DNA of 64,000 bases from an uncultured delta proteobacterium (GCA_963743525.1 CAVUQH010000024.1:65763-129762), one strand, 5' to 3'; counted from the stretch's first letter, positions 1 to 14,082 are shown. Notes: generated by a model from the sequence alone, not told the origin. Made by a program: numbers and translations.

Positions 1-50
1 AAAAGGGCGAGCTGCAGCTGGTTCCGCCGTAGGCGCGGCCCAGAGGTCGA

Positions 51-1326
51 TCAGCGCGCGAGGGCGTCGAGCCCGGCGCGGGCGCTGGCGCGTACGTCGG
101 AGCGGTCGTCGTCGACGGCGGCGCGGAAGTGCGCCTCTGCGTGGTCGCTGTCGCCGGCGCGGAGCTCGATCCAGCCGAGCATGACCGAGACTTCGCCGGC
201 GCGATCCGAGAACGGATGGCGGGACAGGAAGTCGCGCATGGCGGCGGCGGCGCGGCGGGTCTGGCCAGCGCGGGCACGGGCGACGGCGAGCCAGTAGCGG
301 GCATCCTCGGCCAGTGGCGCGTCGGGATCGATGCGCGCGGCGCGGGCGAACGCGTCGGCCGCGGTGCGGAACTGCTTGTCGCGCAGCGACGTCCAGCCGT
401 CGTGGAACGCCTGCTCCATCGGGCTGGCGGAGGGCGAGAGCGCGGCGGCGGGCGGCTCGGCCTGGGTGAGCGCGGGCGCGTGAGCGGTCGCGCGAGCGGT
501 CGCGTGAGCGGTCGCGTGAGTGGTCGCGTGAGCGGTCGCGTGAGCGGGCGCGTGAGCGGGCGCGGGTTCGGGCGCGGGTTCGGGCGCGGGCGCGGGTTCG
601 GGCGCGGGCGCGGGTCCGGGCGCGGGCGCGGGCTCGGGCGCGGGCGCGGGCGCGGGTTCGGGCGCGGGCGCGGGCGCGGGTTCGTGGCGCGGGCGCGGGT
701 TCGTGCGCGGGCGCGGGTTCGGCCGCGCGCGCGGGCGCCTCCAGGTCGAGGTCCCGCACCACCACCTCCTGCTCCTCGCGCGGCCACGTCTCGCCGGCGC
801 CGAGCAGGATCGTCTGCTGTCCGTGCACGTGGACCTCGGCGATGCCGCTGTGCACGGTCACGCCGACCAGCTCGTCGCCTTCGACCTTGACGTCGAAGGC
901 GCTGCCGCGCGATTCGATCTCGGCGTCGCCGGTGACCACGCGGAAGCGGTCGCGGCGCGCGACGTCGGCGACGGCCACGCTCACGCGACCGGAGCGCAGG
1001 CGCACGACCTCGTCGGTGGCGCCGTCGGGGGTCGGCTTGGCCGTGTGCACGAACTGGGCGCCGTCGGGCGCCTGCACGGTGCCGTGATGCGCAAGCTCGG
1101 GTGCGCGGGTGTCGGCCGGGCTGCGCAGCCCCACCCACAGCGCCACGGACGCCGCGGCGACCAGGGCAACGGCGGCGGGCGCCAGCCAGCGGCGCCGCGG
1201 CGACGGCGTCGGCGCGGTGGCCTCGGCTTCGGCGAGCAAGCTGCTGCGAATGGCCTCCGCACGCGCCTGCTCGAGCGGCGGATACGGCAGCTCGCGGGCG
1301 AGCGCGGCCAGCTCTTCGGCGGTCAT
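51..1326 (-). CDS. ECF anti-sigma factor (cytoplasmic N-terminus, one TM helix, FecR-like periplasmic domain, low-complexity linker, C-terminal TPR-like domain). The reading frame changes inside a GC-rich repeat array, so a frameshift, pseudogene or sequence error is possible.
   Basis: ATG at 1326 overlaps the sigma stop (ATGA). My translation reads MTAEELAALARELPYPPLEQARAEAIRSSLLAEAEATAPTPSPRRRWLAPAAVALVAAASVALWVGL (TM helix), then RLRSGRVSVAVADV...FRVVTGDAEIESRGSAFDVKVEGDELVGVTVHSGIAEVHVHGQQTILL (FecR-like), then EPAPAHEPAPA. This frame stays open to position 1 but has low GC3 downstream of the repeats. The ORF-track frame 51..419 (MEQAFHDGWTSLRDKQF...TPR-like) has high GC3 and is open up to 980. 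A +/-1 shift is therefore needed somewhere in ~480-780. Confidence 0.55.
481..720. repeat. GC-rich imperfect tandem repeat (GCGGGC / GCGGGTTCGG / GCGTGAGCGGTC units) inside the anti-sigma gene; encodes EPAPA / ATAH / RTRARA depending on frame
   Basis: Direct reading: runs of gcgcgggcgcgggttcgg and gcgtgagcggtc units, ~85% GC. Unit lengths vary by 1 nt (gttcgtgcgcgg versus gttcgtggcgcgg), which moves the frame. Confidence 0.8.
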
Positions 1327-1862
1327 GATGGCCTCCCTTCGAGCCGGCTGCGCAGGCGCTTGCGCGCATCGTGCAGCCGGCGCCACATGGTTCCTTCTCG
1401 CACTCCCAGAGCCCTGGCGGCGGCGGCTCCGGGAACGCCTTCGACGTCACACATGACGAACGCGACGCGCAGATCGTGGGGCAGTCGGCGCACGGCTTCG
1501 GCCAGGCGTTCGACCAGCTGCCCTCGCGCCGCCTGCTCGTCCGGCCTGGGCGCTCGCGGTGGCGGCACCTCGGCCAGGTCGCGCATGGCGCTGGAGCGGC
1601 GGGCCTCGCCGCGCGCGTGATGGCGGGCGACGTTGGCCGCGATCCCCAGGATCCAGCTGCGCGCCGATCCGGTGCCGCGGAAGCGCGACGACGACTTCCA
1701 CACCTCGACGAACGTGATCTGCACCAGGTCGTCCAGGTCGCCGCGCACGGGAGCGAGGCGGCCGAGGAAGCGGTGCACACAGGCCGCGTGTCGATCGAAC
1801 AGCGCGCCCAGCGCGGCCGGCTCGGCCACGGCGCAGGCGGCGAGCAGCGCCTCGTCCGACAT
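1323..1862 (-). CDS. ECF-family RNA polymerase sigma-70 factor
   Basis: C-terminal 180 aa of ORF 1323..2519: MSDEALLAACAVAEPAALGALFDRHAACVHRFLGRLAPVRGDLDDLVQITFVEVWKSSSRF (region 2) ... RLPHDLRVAFVMCDVEGVPGAAAARALGVREGTMWRRLHDARKRLRS (region 4). ATG at 1860-1862. The stop is overlapped by the anti-sigma ATG. Confidence 0.9.
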   Translation of the reverse strand: MSDEALLAACAVAEPAALGALFDRHAACVHRFLGRLAPVRGDLDDLVQITFVEVWKSSSRFRGTGSARSWILGIAANVARHHARGEARRSSAMRDLAEVPPPRAPRPDEQAARGQLVERLAEAVRRLPHDLRVAFVMCDVEGVPGAAAARALGVREGTMWRRLHDARKRLRSRLEGRPS

Positions 1863-1918
1863 CTCGCGGGCGTCGCCGACGACCCGCCGCAGCGGAACGA
1901 TCTGTCCCCGGCGCTGCT

Positions 1919-3100
1919 TCACAGCCCCACCCTCACGCCGAGGCCCAGCCAGGTGTAGCGCCCCGGCTCGCCCGGCAGCATGGTCAGCGGATCGGGCGGC
2001 GGCGGGTTCTTGCTCGGGTCGGCGCGATCGGCCGCGTACGGATCGACCGCGTCGCGGTGCGCCGAGGGCATCAGCTCGATGCCGGCGGCCAGCTCGACGG
2101 CGATGTTGTCGGTCACCGGCAAGGTCAGCGACAGCGAGCCACCCACGCGCAGACCGAGGGTGTCGTTGCCCGCGTGATCGACCGTCGTGTACGGCGCCGG
2201 CGGCGGCACGCAGTTGGGACTGGTCGGATCGCAGCAGTTGGGATCGGTCGCCGGGTCGCAGCAGCCGGCGCCGTCGGGCCCGCACGGCGGCGGGTCGGTG
2301 ATGTTGTTGGGCCAGCTCTTCTCGGTGCGCATCCAGCCCAGGCCGACCGACGCGCTCGGCGCCAGCACCGCGCGACCGACCGACACCGGCCACCTGGCAG
2401 TGGCCATCAGGTCGGCACCGCGCCGGCGGATCTGCGTCATGTTGTCTTCGGGCGCCAGCCATGAATGGTCGGCGTAGCGGCCGTCGATGCCGACACAGAG
2501 CGGGCCGGCGGCGATGCACGCGTCGGCGCGCACCGAGCGTGTGCTCGAGCCGTCGTCGCCGGAGAGAAAATCGAGTCCCGCGCCGACCGACAACCAGTGG
2601 TGCACGGCCGGTGCCTGCTGCCGAGGCACGGCGTCACTCGGCGGCGACAGGGGAGCGGCGCCGGGCGCGCGGCTTTGCTCGGCCGGCATCGCGGCAACCG
2701 TGGTTGGCGGCGCCGGCTCCGGCACCGCCAGCAGCGGGGCGACGGCGTCGTCGCGCACCCACGAGTCGATCCACACGGCGGCCATCTCGGCTGTCGACAC
2801 CCGGCGGCGGGCGTCGCGGCCGTCGGCGCCGTGCACCGTGACCTCGAGCCCGCGCTCGGCAGCGCCGACGGTCACGCGGACGGCGGCGCACGAATCGGCG
2901 GCGGCACCGACGCCGCGAGCGCGCAGAGCGCGGGCCACGTCGCCGGCCTCCGGACCGCCGGAAACCGACGCCGTCGGGGCGCCGGTCTCGGGACAACGCG
3001 ACTGAGCAGGAGCGGACGCGGCGGTCCATCCGATCGCGAACACGACCGTCGCGCACGCTCCTGTCAGCCTGCCGATCAACTCAGCTGGCCTCGCAACCAA
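1919..3100 (-). CDS. Secreted protein with cysteine-rich CGPDGAGCCDPATDPNCCDPTSPNC repeats and a predicted beta-strand-rich C-terminus (possible outer-membrane beta-barrel)
   Basis: ORF track. Signal-peptide-like N-terminus MVARPAELIGRLTGACATVVFAIGWTAASAPAQ. Internal Cys/Pro/Asp repeats related to the next gene. C-terminus has an alternating hydrophobic pattern and ends ...RYTWLGLGVRVGL. Confidence 0.7.
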   Translation of the reverse strand: MVARPAELIGRLTGACATVVFAIGWTAASAPAQSRCPETGAPTASVSGGPEAGDVARALRARGVGAAADSCAAVRVTVGAAERGLEVTVHGADGRDARRRVSTAEMAAVWIDSWVRDDAVAPLLAVPEPAPPTTVAAMPAEQSRAPGAAPLSPPSDAVPRQQAPAVHHWLSVGAGLDFLSGDDGSSTRSVRADACIAAGPLCVGIDGRYADHSWLAPEDNMTQIRRRGADLMATARWPVSVGRAVLAPSASVGLGWMRTEKSWPNNITDPPPCGPDGAGCCDPATDPNCCDPTSPNCVPPPAPYTTVDHAGNDTLGLRVGGSLSLTLPVTDNIAVELAAGIELMPSAHRDAVDPYAADRADPSKNPPPPDPLTMLPGEPGRYTWLGLGVRVGL

Positions 3101-4452
3101 AGGCAGCAGGCGGCGGGTCGATCACGCAGCCATCGTCCGGCGGGGTGCCGCACGGGGCGTTGGGGTCGGCCGAGGGATCGCCACAGTCCGGAGGAGGAGG
3201 CGTGGGATCGGGCCAGCAGATCGGATCGGTGGGGTCGCACGGTGGATCGGTGGGGCCACACCCGGCGGGATCACCATTGTCGTCGCAAGGCGGCGGCGGA
3301 GGCCAGCAGAAATCCGGGTCCGCGAGGCACGGGTCACACAGAGCCGGGTCCATCAGACAGGGATCGCAGTTGGGATCCGTCGCGTCGCAGGGCGGCGGCG
3401 GCGGCACGCAGTTGGGATCCGTCGGATCGCAGCAGCCGGAGCCGTCGGGGCCACACGGAGGCGGCACGCAGTTGGGATCGGTCGGGTCGCACGGGGGCGG
3501 CGGCGGCGGCGGCACGCAGTTGGGATCCGTCGGATCGCAGCAGAGAGAACCGTCGGGCCCGCACGGGTCGATGCAGTTGGGGTCGGTCGCCGGATCGCAG
3601 GGAGGAGGCGGCGGCACGCAGTTGGGATCGGTCGCCGGGTCGCACGGCGGCGGCGGCACGCAGTTCGGATCGGTCGGATCGCAGCAGCCGGAGCCGTCGG
3701 GGCCACACGGATCGACGCAGTTGGGATCGGTCGCCGGGTCGCACGGCGGCGGCGGCGGGGACGCAGTTCGGATCGGCCGGATCGCAGCAGCCGGAGCCGT
3801 CGGGGCCGCACGGATCGACGCAGTTGGGATCGGTCGCCGGGTCGCACGGCGGCGGCGGCGGCACGCAGTTGGGATCGGTCGCCGGGTCGCACGGAGGCGG
3901 CGGCACGCAGTTGGGATCGCTCGGATCGCAGCAGCCCGAACCGTCGGGGCCACACGGCGGCGGCGGCACGCAGTTGGGATCGAAGGTCGGGTCGCAGGGA
4001 GGCGGATCGCCGCCACCACAGCCGGGATCGGTGGACCCACCACCGCTGCCCGACGAGCCGTCGTTGCCGTCGCCACCCCAGTAGACGCCGTTGCCCAGGT
4101 CCCAGGCGCCCTGGCCGGCGCACACGTCGAAGGCGACGCGCCTGGCGCCCTGGCTGTTCTTGGTCACGAACGGATGAGCGCCGTCGGCCGTGACGACCTC
4201 GAGGCGGTACCCGGTGCCCTCGGGCACCGACAGCACATAGGAACCGTCGCCGCGCAGCGGGGCCTCGGCGATCACCTGATCGCCCTGGACCACGCGCACG
4301 CCAACGGGGCGCGAGCTGAAGCTGGAGGTGGCCAGACGCCCCGACAGCGTCTGAGTGGGTGGCGGGTCGGCGCACGCAGCGCACAGGGCCGCGGTACACA
4401 GCAGCGCACGCAGCGTGCTGGATCGCATCGCGGTCTTCATCGCGGTTCTCAT
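3081..4452 (-). CDS. Secreted cysteine/proline-rich repeat protein (signal peptide, beta-sandwich-like domain, then ~11 copies of CDP(A/T)DPNCVPPPP and CGPDGSGCCDP(S/T)DPNC, then a Cys-rich C-terminus). Requires a +1 frameshift near 3757-3761, so pseudogene or homopolymer sequencing error.
   Basis: ORFs 3334..4560 and 3081..4076 overlap and carry the same repeat in different frames. The first loses sense after ...CDPADPNCVP|AAAAVRPGDRSQ, and the second gains sense at ...SPPPPPCDPATDPNC. DNA at ~3757 reads ggcggggacgcag where sister repeats read ggcggcacgcag, an extra base in a G run. Likely start is MRTAMKTAMRSSTLRALLCTAALCAACA with RBS AGGGAGAGGA and ATG at 4450-4452. Confidence 0.7.
3390..4000. 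repeat. ~42-bp tandem DNA repeats (ggcggcacgcagttgggatcggtcgccgggtcgcacggcggc and variants) encoding the CDPxDPNCVPPPP protein repeats
   Basis: Direct reading of 3400-4000. More than 10 near-identical units. Related units also occur at ~2190-2300 inside gene 1919..3100. Confidence 0.85.
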
Positions 4453-4546
4453 TGGGTCGGTCCTCTCCCTGATTGGGGGTTGAGCAGGAAAGCGCGCGCG
4501 TCTATTGATGTAGTGCCCGCTCGCACCGGACCCTTCGCGACTTTTT

Positions 4547-5322
4547 TCAGATGCCGGCAAACTCCGCGAGATGTTGGTTGAAAAGTCGGAACCGCTCCGC
4601 CTGCATCATGTGCCCGGCGCGCGGGAGTGTGACCAGGCGCGCATCCCGAAGGTGGAGCTGCAGCGAGTCGATGGTGGCGTCGAAGTAACCGATCGACTGC
4701 TCGCCGGCGACCAGCAGCACCGGCGCCGTGACCGCCCCGAGCTCGCGGTAGCGCGGCCGGTAGCGCTGCAGCGCCAGGCAGTCGGCGCGAATGGCCCGCC
4801 ACTCGCCGGCGGCGCGCACCTGAAAGCGCGGCGGCATCCGATCATAGGCCGAGCCCAGGACCAGCTGCAGGAAGAAGGCGCCCCCGGCCTCACCACCGCG
4901 AGCGGCAACCAGCGCGTCGAACAGGCAGCCAAACGCCTGCGGCATCGCCGGCACGTCGTCGGCGCACGGCATCGGCGGCTCGCACAGCACCAGGCCGCGC
5001 ACCAGCGCCGGCCGCGTGCGCGCCAGCTCGAGCGCGACCACGGCGCCGAAGCTCGAGCCGCAGACCAGCACCGGTCCGCCGCCGAGCTGCTCTTCGATCA
5101 ATGTGGCCGCGTCGGCGGCGTGGTCCTCGACCCGATAGCCGGCCGGTGCCGGGGGCGCCGCACCGCTGCCGCGGCGGTCGTAGGTGACCAGCTCGAGCGA
5201 CGCCGCCAGCGGCGACTGCATGGTCCAGGTGGTGTGGTCGGCGGCGCTGCCGTGGATGAACAGCACCGCCGGTCCGGCGCCGCTGCGCCAGACGGTCAGC
5301 GGCGGACGACTCAGAGCCAGCC
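4547..5322 (-). CDS. Alpha/beta-fold hydrolase
   Basis: C-terminal ~255 aa of ORF 4547..6088: PAVLFIHGSAADHTTW ... VLVCGSSFGAVVALELA (nucleophile-elbow GxSxG context) ... PRAGHMMQAE. No in-frame ATG near the expected N-terminus; a non-ATG start close to the epimerase stop is assumed. Confidence 0.75.
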
Positions 5323-6320
5323 CTCCTGGCGATACCAGGCCCCGGTCTGCTGCAGCCGCTCGCCCAGGGGGGCCGCCGGCTGCCAGCCGAGCTGCTCCCG
5401 CGCCTTGTCGGTGCTGCAGATCCACGAGCCGGCGTTGGCCTCGATCATCTTGTCGTAGTTGACGATGCTCGGCTTGTCGCGCAGGCGCGCCAGCCCCTCG
5501 GCGATACCGCCGACCAGCTTGGACAGCGGCGCCGGCGTGGGCAGCACGCGCACCCGCTCGCGGCCGACCGCGGCCGCCAGCATCGGTCCCAGCTCGCGGA
5601 TGGTCGGCTGCTCGGTGGCGGCGGCGAAGTAGAGCCCCTGCCCCACCGGCGCGTCGGGCCCGGGCGCCGCCAGCCGCTCGCCGCGCTCGGCGGCGGCGAT
5701 GATGGCCGCGGCCAGGTCGAGCACGTGGACCATCGCCAGCCGCGCGCTGCCATCGCCGGGCACCGCGTGAACGCCGCGGGCGGCGGCGCGAAACAGCGGC
5801 AGCGACGCGCGGTCGCGCGCGCCGATGACCGCCGGCGGGCGGATGATCGTGATCGGCACCCGCCTGGCGTGCTCGCGCGCAGCCTCCTCGCCGCCCAGCT
5901 TGGACCGGCCGTAGCGGGACACCGGCGCCGGCGGATCGTCCTCGGTGCGCGGGCGGCCGTCGCCGCTGGGACCGGCGGCCGCGATCGACGACACGGTGAC
6001 CAGCACCGGCGGCGACTCGGCGGCGGCACAGGCTGCGGCGACCGCGCGCACGCCGTCGGCGTTGGTGGCCATGAAGTCGGCGTGCCACGGCTGCTTGAGC
6101 ATCGCCGCCAGGTGATAGACGACGTCGACGCCGGCGACCGGCGCTTCCATCGACGACGCGTCGGTGATGTCGCCGACCGCGAACGAACAGCCCAGCGCCT
6201 CGAGCGCGCTGCGATCGGAGGTCGCGCGCACCAGACAGACCACTTCGTGCCCCGCTTCGCGCAAGAGCTCGACCAGATACCGGCCGATGAAGCCGGTCGC
6301 CCCGGTGACCAGCGCGCGGG

Positions 6321-6324
<4 letters not shown>
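5311..6324 (-). CDS. NAD-dependent epimerase/dehydratase (SDR family)
   Basis: [21 protein letters not shown] Rossmann motif, 337 aa. GTG start at 6322-6324 overlaps the upstream TGA (GTGA). RBS GGGAGAGG. Confidence 0.88.
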
Positions 6325-8357
<2,033 letters not shown>

Positions 8358-8510
8358 GGCTCCCTACCTAGCGCAAAATGCCGTAATAACAAAGGAAAAT
8401 CGGGCCAATCCAGGTCCGATTCGCCGTTGCGCTTTGGCTCCCGGGAGGGTATAGAAGAGCGCTCTAAGTCGCAGGAATTCCTCAAGTTCCTGTAATCCCA
8501 GGAGACCCGG

Positions 8511-11183
<2,673 letters not shown>

Positions 11184-11184
11184 G

Positions 11185-12468
11185 ATGCACGACGAAAAGA
11201 GCCGCAGCCTCTTTGCCCGCGCCCGCCACGTCATTCCCGGTGGGGTCAACTCACCGGTTCGCGCCTGCCGGTCGGTCGGCGTCGAGCCGCTGTTCGCCGC
11301 CGCCGGCGACGGCTGCCACATCATCTCGGCCGACGGCGATCGCTTCATCGACATGGTGTCGTCGTGGGGGCCGCTCATCCTCGGCCACACCCACCCCGAG
11401 GTGATGGATGCGGTCCGCGAGACCATGAGCGACGGCACCACCTTCGGCGCGTCCACCGAGCTCGAGGTCCGCTTCGCCGAGGCGCTGGTCGAGGCGGTGC
11501 CGACGGTCGAAAAGGTGCGCGCAGTGTCGTCGGGCACCGAGGCGACGATGAGCGCCCTGCGCCTGGCCCGCGGCTTCACCGGCCGCGACAAGATCATCAA
11601 GTGCGACGGCGGCTACCACGGCCACGCCGACTTCCTCCTGGTCGCCGCCGGCTCGGGCGCCGCGACCCTGGGCATCCCCGGCTCGGCCGGTGTGGCCAGG
11701 GGCAACGCCGCCGACACGCTGCTGGTGCCGTACAACGACCCGGACGCGGTGCGCGCGCTGTTCATCAATCACCCCGACCAGATCGCGGCGGTGATCATCG
11801 AGCCGGTGGCCGGCAACATGGGTCTGGTCCCGCCGGAGCCGGGCTACCTGCAGGCGCTGCGCGAGATCACCCTCGAGCACGGCGCCCTGCTGGTGTTCGA
11901 CGAGGTCATCACCGGCTTCCGCGTCGCCTACGGCGGCGCGCAGTCGCACTACCAGGTCGGCCCCGACCTGACCTGCCTGGGCAAGATCATCGGCGGCGGA
12001 CTGCCGGCGGCGGCCTTCGGCGGCCGCGCCGACATCATGGACCAGCTGGCCCCGGACGGCCCGGTGTACCAGGCGGGCACGCTCAGCGGCAATCCGCTGG
12101 CCATGGCTGCCGGCCTGGCGACCCTCGAGGTCCTGCGCCGGCCCAACACCTACGAGCGCCTGGAGCAGCTGGGCACCCTGCTCGGCGACGGCCTGCTCGC
12201 CGCCGCCAGGGCCGCGGGAGTGCCGGCCTGCCTCAACCGGGTCGGCTCGGCGATGACCCTGTTCTTCTGCGACGGACCGGTCACCGACTACGAGTCGGCC
12301 AAGAAGGCCGATACCGAGCGGTTCGGCCGCTGGTTCGCGGGGATGCGGGAGCGGGGGATCTGGCTGCCGCCGTCCCAGTTCGAGGCCATGTTCGTCTCGC
12401 TCGCCCACAGTGAGAGTGAAATCAACGAGATACTGGCCGCGGGGGCCGCCGTGATGGGGAGTTTGTGA
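11185..12468 (+). CDS. hemL: Glutamate-1-semialdehyde 2,1-aminomutase
   Basis: SLFARARHVIPGGVNSPVRACRSVG...; PLP-lysine context DEVITGFR; ATG at 11185 follows RBS GAGGA and the gyrA stop. Confidence 0.95.
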   Translation: MHDEKSRSLFARARHVIPGGVNSPVRACRSVGVEPLFAAAGDGCHIISADGDRFIDMVSSWGPLILGHTHPEVMDAVRETMSDGTTFGASTELEVRFAEALVEAVPTVEKVRAVSSGTEATMSALRLARGFTGRDKIIKCDGGYHGHADFLLVAAGSGAATLGIPGSAGVARGNAADTLLVPYNDPDAVRALFINHPDQIAAVIIEPVAGNMGLVPPEPGYLQALREITLEHGALLVFDEVITGFRVAYGGAQSHYQVGPDLTCLGKIIGGGLPAAAFGGRADIMDQLAPDGPVYQAGTLSGNPLAMAAGLATLEVLRRPNTYERLEQLGTLLGDGLLAAARAAGVPACLNRVGSAMTLFFCDGPVTDYESAKKADTERFGRWFAGMRERGIWLPPSQFEAMFVSLAHSESEINEILAAGAAVMGSL

Positions 12469-12566
12469 TTGACCTCCCGCGAAGCCGCATGTTACGAGGC
12501 GGGCCGAAATTTCCCGACGGCCTGCCTTCGGCTGAAACCACCGCTAACGCCAGAACATCTTAGGAG

Positions 12567-12845
12567 TTGCTCGACGACGTAGCCCTCGGTAGCCGGATGG
12601 AACCGAAGCAGAAGCCAAACAAGGTCACCCAGATGTACAAGGCCGCCAGCGCGGCTTCGGTCGGCCTGGAATTGGCGCTCGGCGTGGTCGTCGGTTGGGC
12701 CATGGGTCACTACCTGGACCGCTGGTTGGGCACCGACCCCTGGTTGATGCTCCTGTTCCTCTGCCTGGGCATCGCCGCCGGTTTCAAGGGCGTCCTCCGC
12801 GTCGCCAAGCAAGCAACTGAAGACGACGAAGAATCCAACGACTAG
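12567..12845 (+). CDS. atpZ: Small two-TM membrane protein upstream of atpI (AtpZ/AtpR-like putative F0F1-ATPase accessory subunit); start uncertain (TTG at 12567 or ATG ~12597)
   Basis: MYKAASAASVGLELALGVVVGWAMGHYLDRWLGTDPWLMLLFLCLGIAAGFKGVL, two hydrophobic helices, positioned immediately before atpI. Confidence 0.5.
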   Translation: MLDDVALGSRMEPKQKPNKVTQMYKAASAASVGLELALGVVVGWAMGHYLDRWLGTDPWLMLLFLCLGIAAGFKGVLRVAKQATEDDEESND

Positions 12846-12849
12846 CAGC

Positions 12850-13251
12850 ATGGACACTCGCGCCCTCACCCGCATCGAACGGCTCAACTACATCCTCGGC
12901 GGCATCGCCGCGGCCACGGCCGCGTTGTTGCTGACCAAGGAGCAGGCGCTGGGTGTGCTCGTTGGCGTGGTCATCGGCAGCCTCAACTTCAGCATGATCA
13001 AGCGGATCGTCACTCGCTGGCTCAGCGAGGCGGCCAAGGGCGAGGGCAAGTCCGGGTACTTCATGGTGCCCAAGATGATGCTGCTCATCGCCGCCGTGTT
13101 CCTGTCGCTCCGCTTCCTGCCCATCGCGCCGGCCTACCTGGCTCTGGGCTTCTCTATCTTCCTCGTCTCGATCGCCATCGAAACCGCTCGCTCGCTCACC
13201 GGGCAGGCGCAGACGACCGGCGACGAGGACGCGCAAACCGACGACGCGTGA
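12850..13251 (+). CDS. atpI: ATP synthase protein I
   Basis: 133 aa with four hydrophobic segments, directly upstream of atpB. Confidence 0.8.
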   Translation: MDTRALTRIERLNYILGGIAAATAALLLTKEQALGVLVGVVIGSLNFSMIKRIVTRWLSEAAKGEGKSGYFMVPKMMLLIAAVFLSLRFLPIAPAYLALGFSIFLVSIAIETARSLTGQAQTTGDEDAQTDDA

Positions 13252-13255
13252 TCTC

Positions 13256-14041
13256 ATGGGTGAACATCAAACCTGGCTCGATTACCTGGACAAGAACGAC
13301 GCGGTCCTCGGACTGTCCGGCAAGCTGCGCCATTTCGACCACGAGTGGTTGGGCGGCTTCTGGAAGATGTTCGGCACGCCGTCGCAGACCTTCATCCACG
13401 TCTTCTGGGCGCTGGTGGTGATGAGCTTCGTGCTCTACGGCGCGGCGCGCTTCCGCGGCGCCGTGGTCGGACGCGGCGAGGCCGGCCTGGTGCCGCCGCC
13501 AAGGTTCAACCTGCGCCACTTCTTCGAGCTGATCTGCGACACCACGCTGTCGCTGATGGAAGGCGTGATGGGCGAAAAGGCCGCGCGCCGGTTCTTCCCG
13601 CTCATCGCCTCCTGCGCCTTCTTCATCCTGTTCTCGAACATGATGGCGCTCATCCCGGGCATGGGCGTGTCGACGACCTTCCTGCGCACCAACCTGGCAC
13701 CTGCGCTGATCATCTTCTTCGCCACGCACATCTACGGCGTGAAAGAGCACGGCTTCGCCAACTACTTCCGCCACTTCATGGGGCCGATCCTGGTGATCGC
13801 GCCGCTGATGTTCGTCATCGAGCTCATCAGCCACATCGTCCGGCCGCTGTCGCTGTCCATTCGCCTCATGGGCAACATGGTCGGCGACCACAAGGTGGTG
13901 TTCACCTTCTTCGGCCTGGTGCCGTTCTTCGTGCCGATTCCGTTCCTGTTCCTGGGTCTGCTCGTTACGGTCGTTCAGACCCTTGTTTTCTGCCTTCTGT
14001 CGATGGTCTACATCTCGATGGCCATCGCCCACGACCACTAG
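13256..14041 (+). CDS. atpB: F0F1 ATP synthase subunit a
   Basis: ...LSLSIRLMGNMVGDHKVV... (conserved Arg helix), multi-TM, 261 aa. Confidence 0.95.
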   Translation: MGEHQTWLDYLDKNDAVLGLSGKLRHFDHEWLGGFWKMFGTPSQTFIHVFWALVVMSFVLYGAARFRGAVVGRGEAGLVPPPRFNLRHFFELICDTTLSLMEGVMGEKAARRFFPLIASCAFFILFSNMMALIPGMGVSTTFLRTNLAPALIIFFATHIYGVKEHGFANYFRHFMGPILVIAPLMFVIELISHIVRPLSLSIRLMGNMVGDHKVVFTFFGLVPFFVPIPFLFLGLLVTVVQTLVFCLLSMVYISMAIAHDH

Positions 14042-14082
14042 ACCACCGAGACAACCGATTCGAGAGTAAAGGGAGATACGTA

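Noticed and set aside
129-1620. Plus-strand ORFs 129..890 and 703..1620 (Gly/Arg-rich translations)
   Set aside because: They run antisense to the sigma/anti-sigma genes and translate the GC-rich repeat into GRVSGRVSGR-type nonsense. These are typical spurious ORFs of high-GC DNA.
5270-5320. Apparent 1-nt discrepancy between my manual base indexing and the ORF-track frame around 5278-5313 (hydrolase/epimerase junction)
   Set aside because: Most likely my own transcription or counting slip (the track is self-consistent); ORF-track coordinates were used. I did not interpret it as a real frameshift.
12470-12500. Sigma-70-like promoter (TTGACC ...17 nt... TTACGA) upstream of atpZ
   Set aside because: The -10 is weak and myxobacterial promoter consensus is poorly constrained; not reported as a feature.
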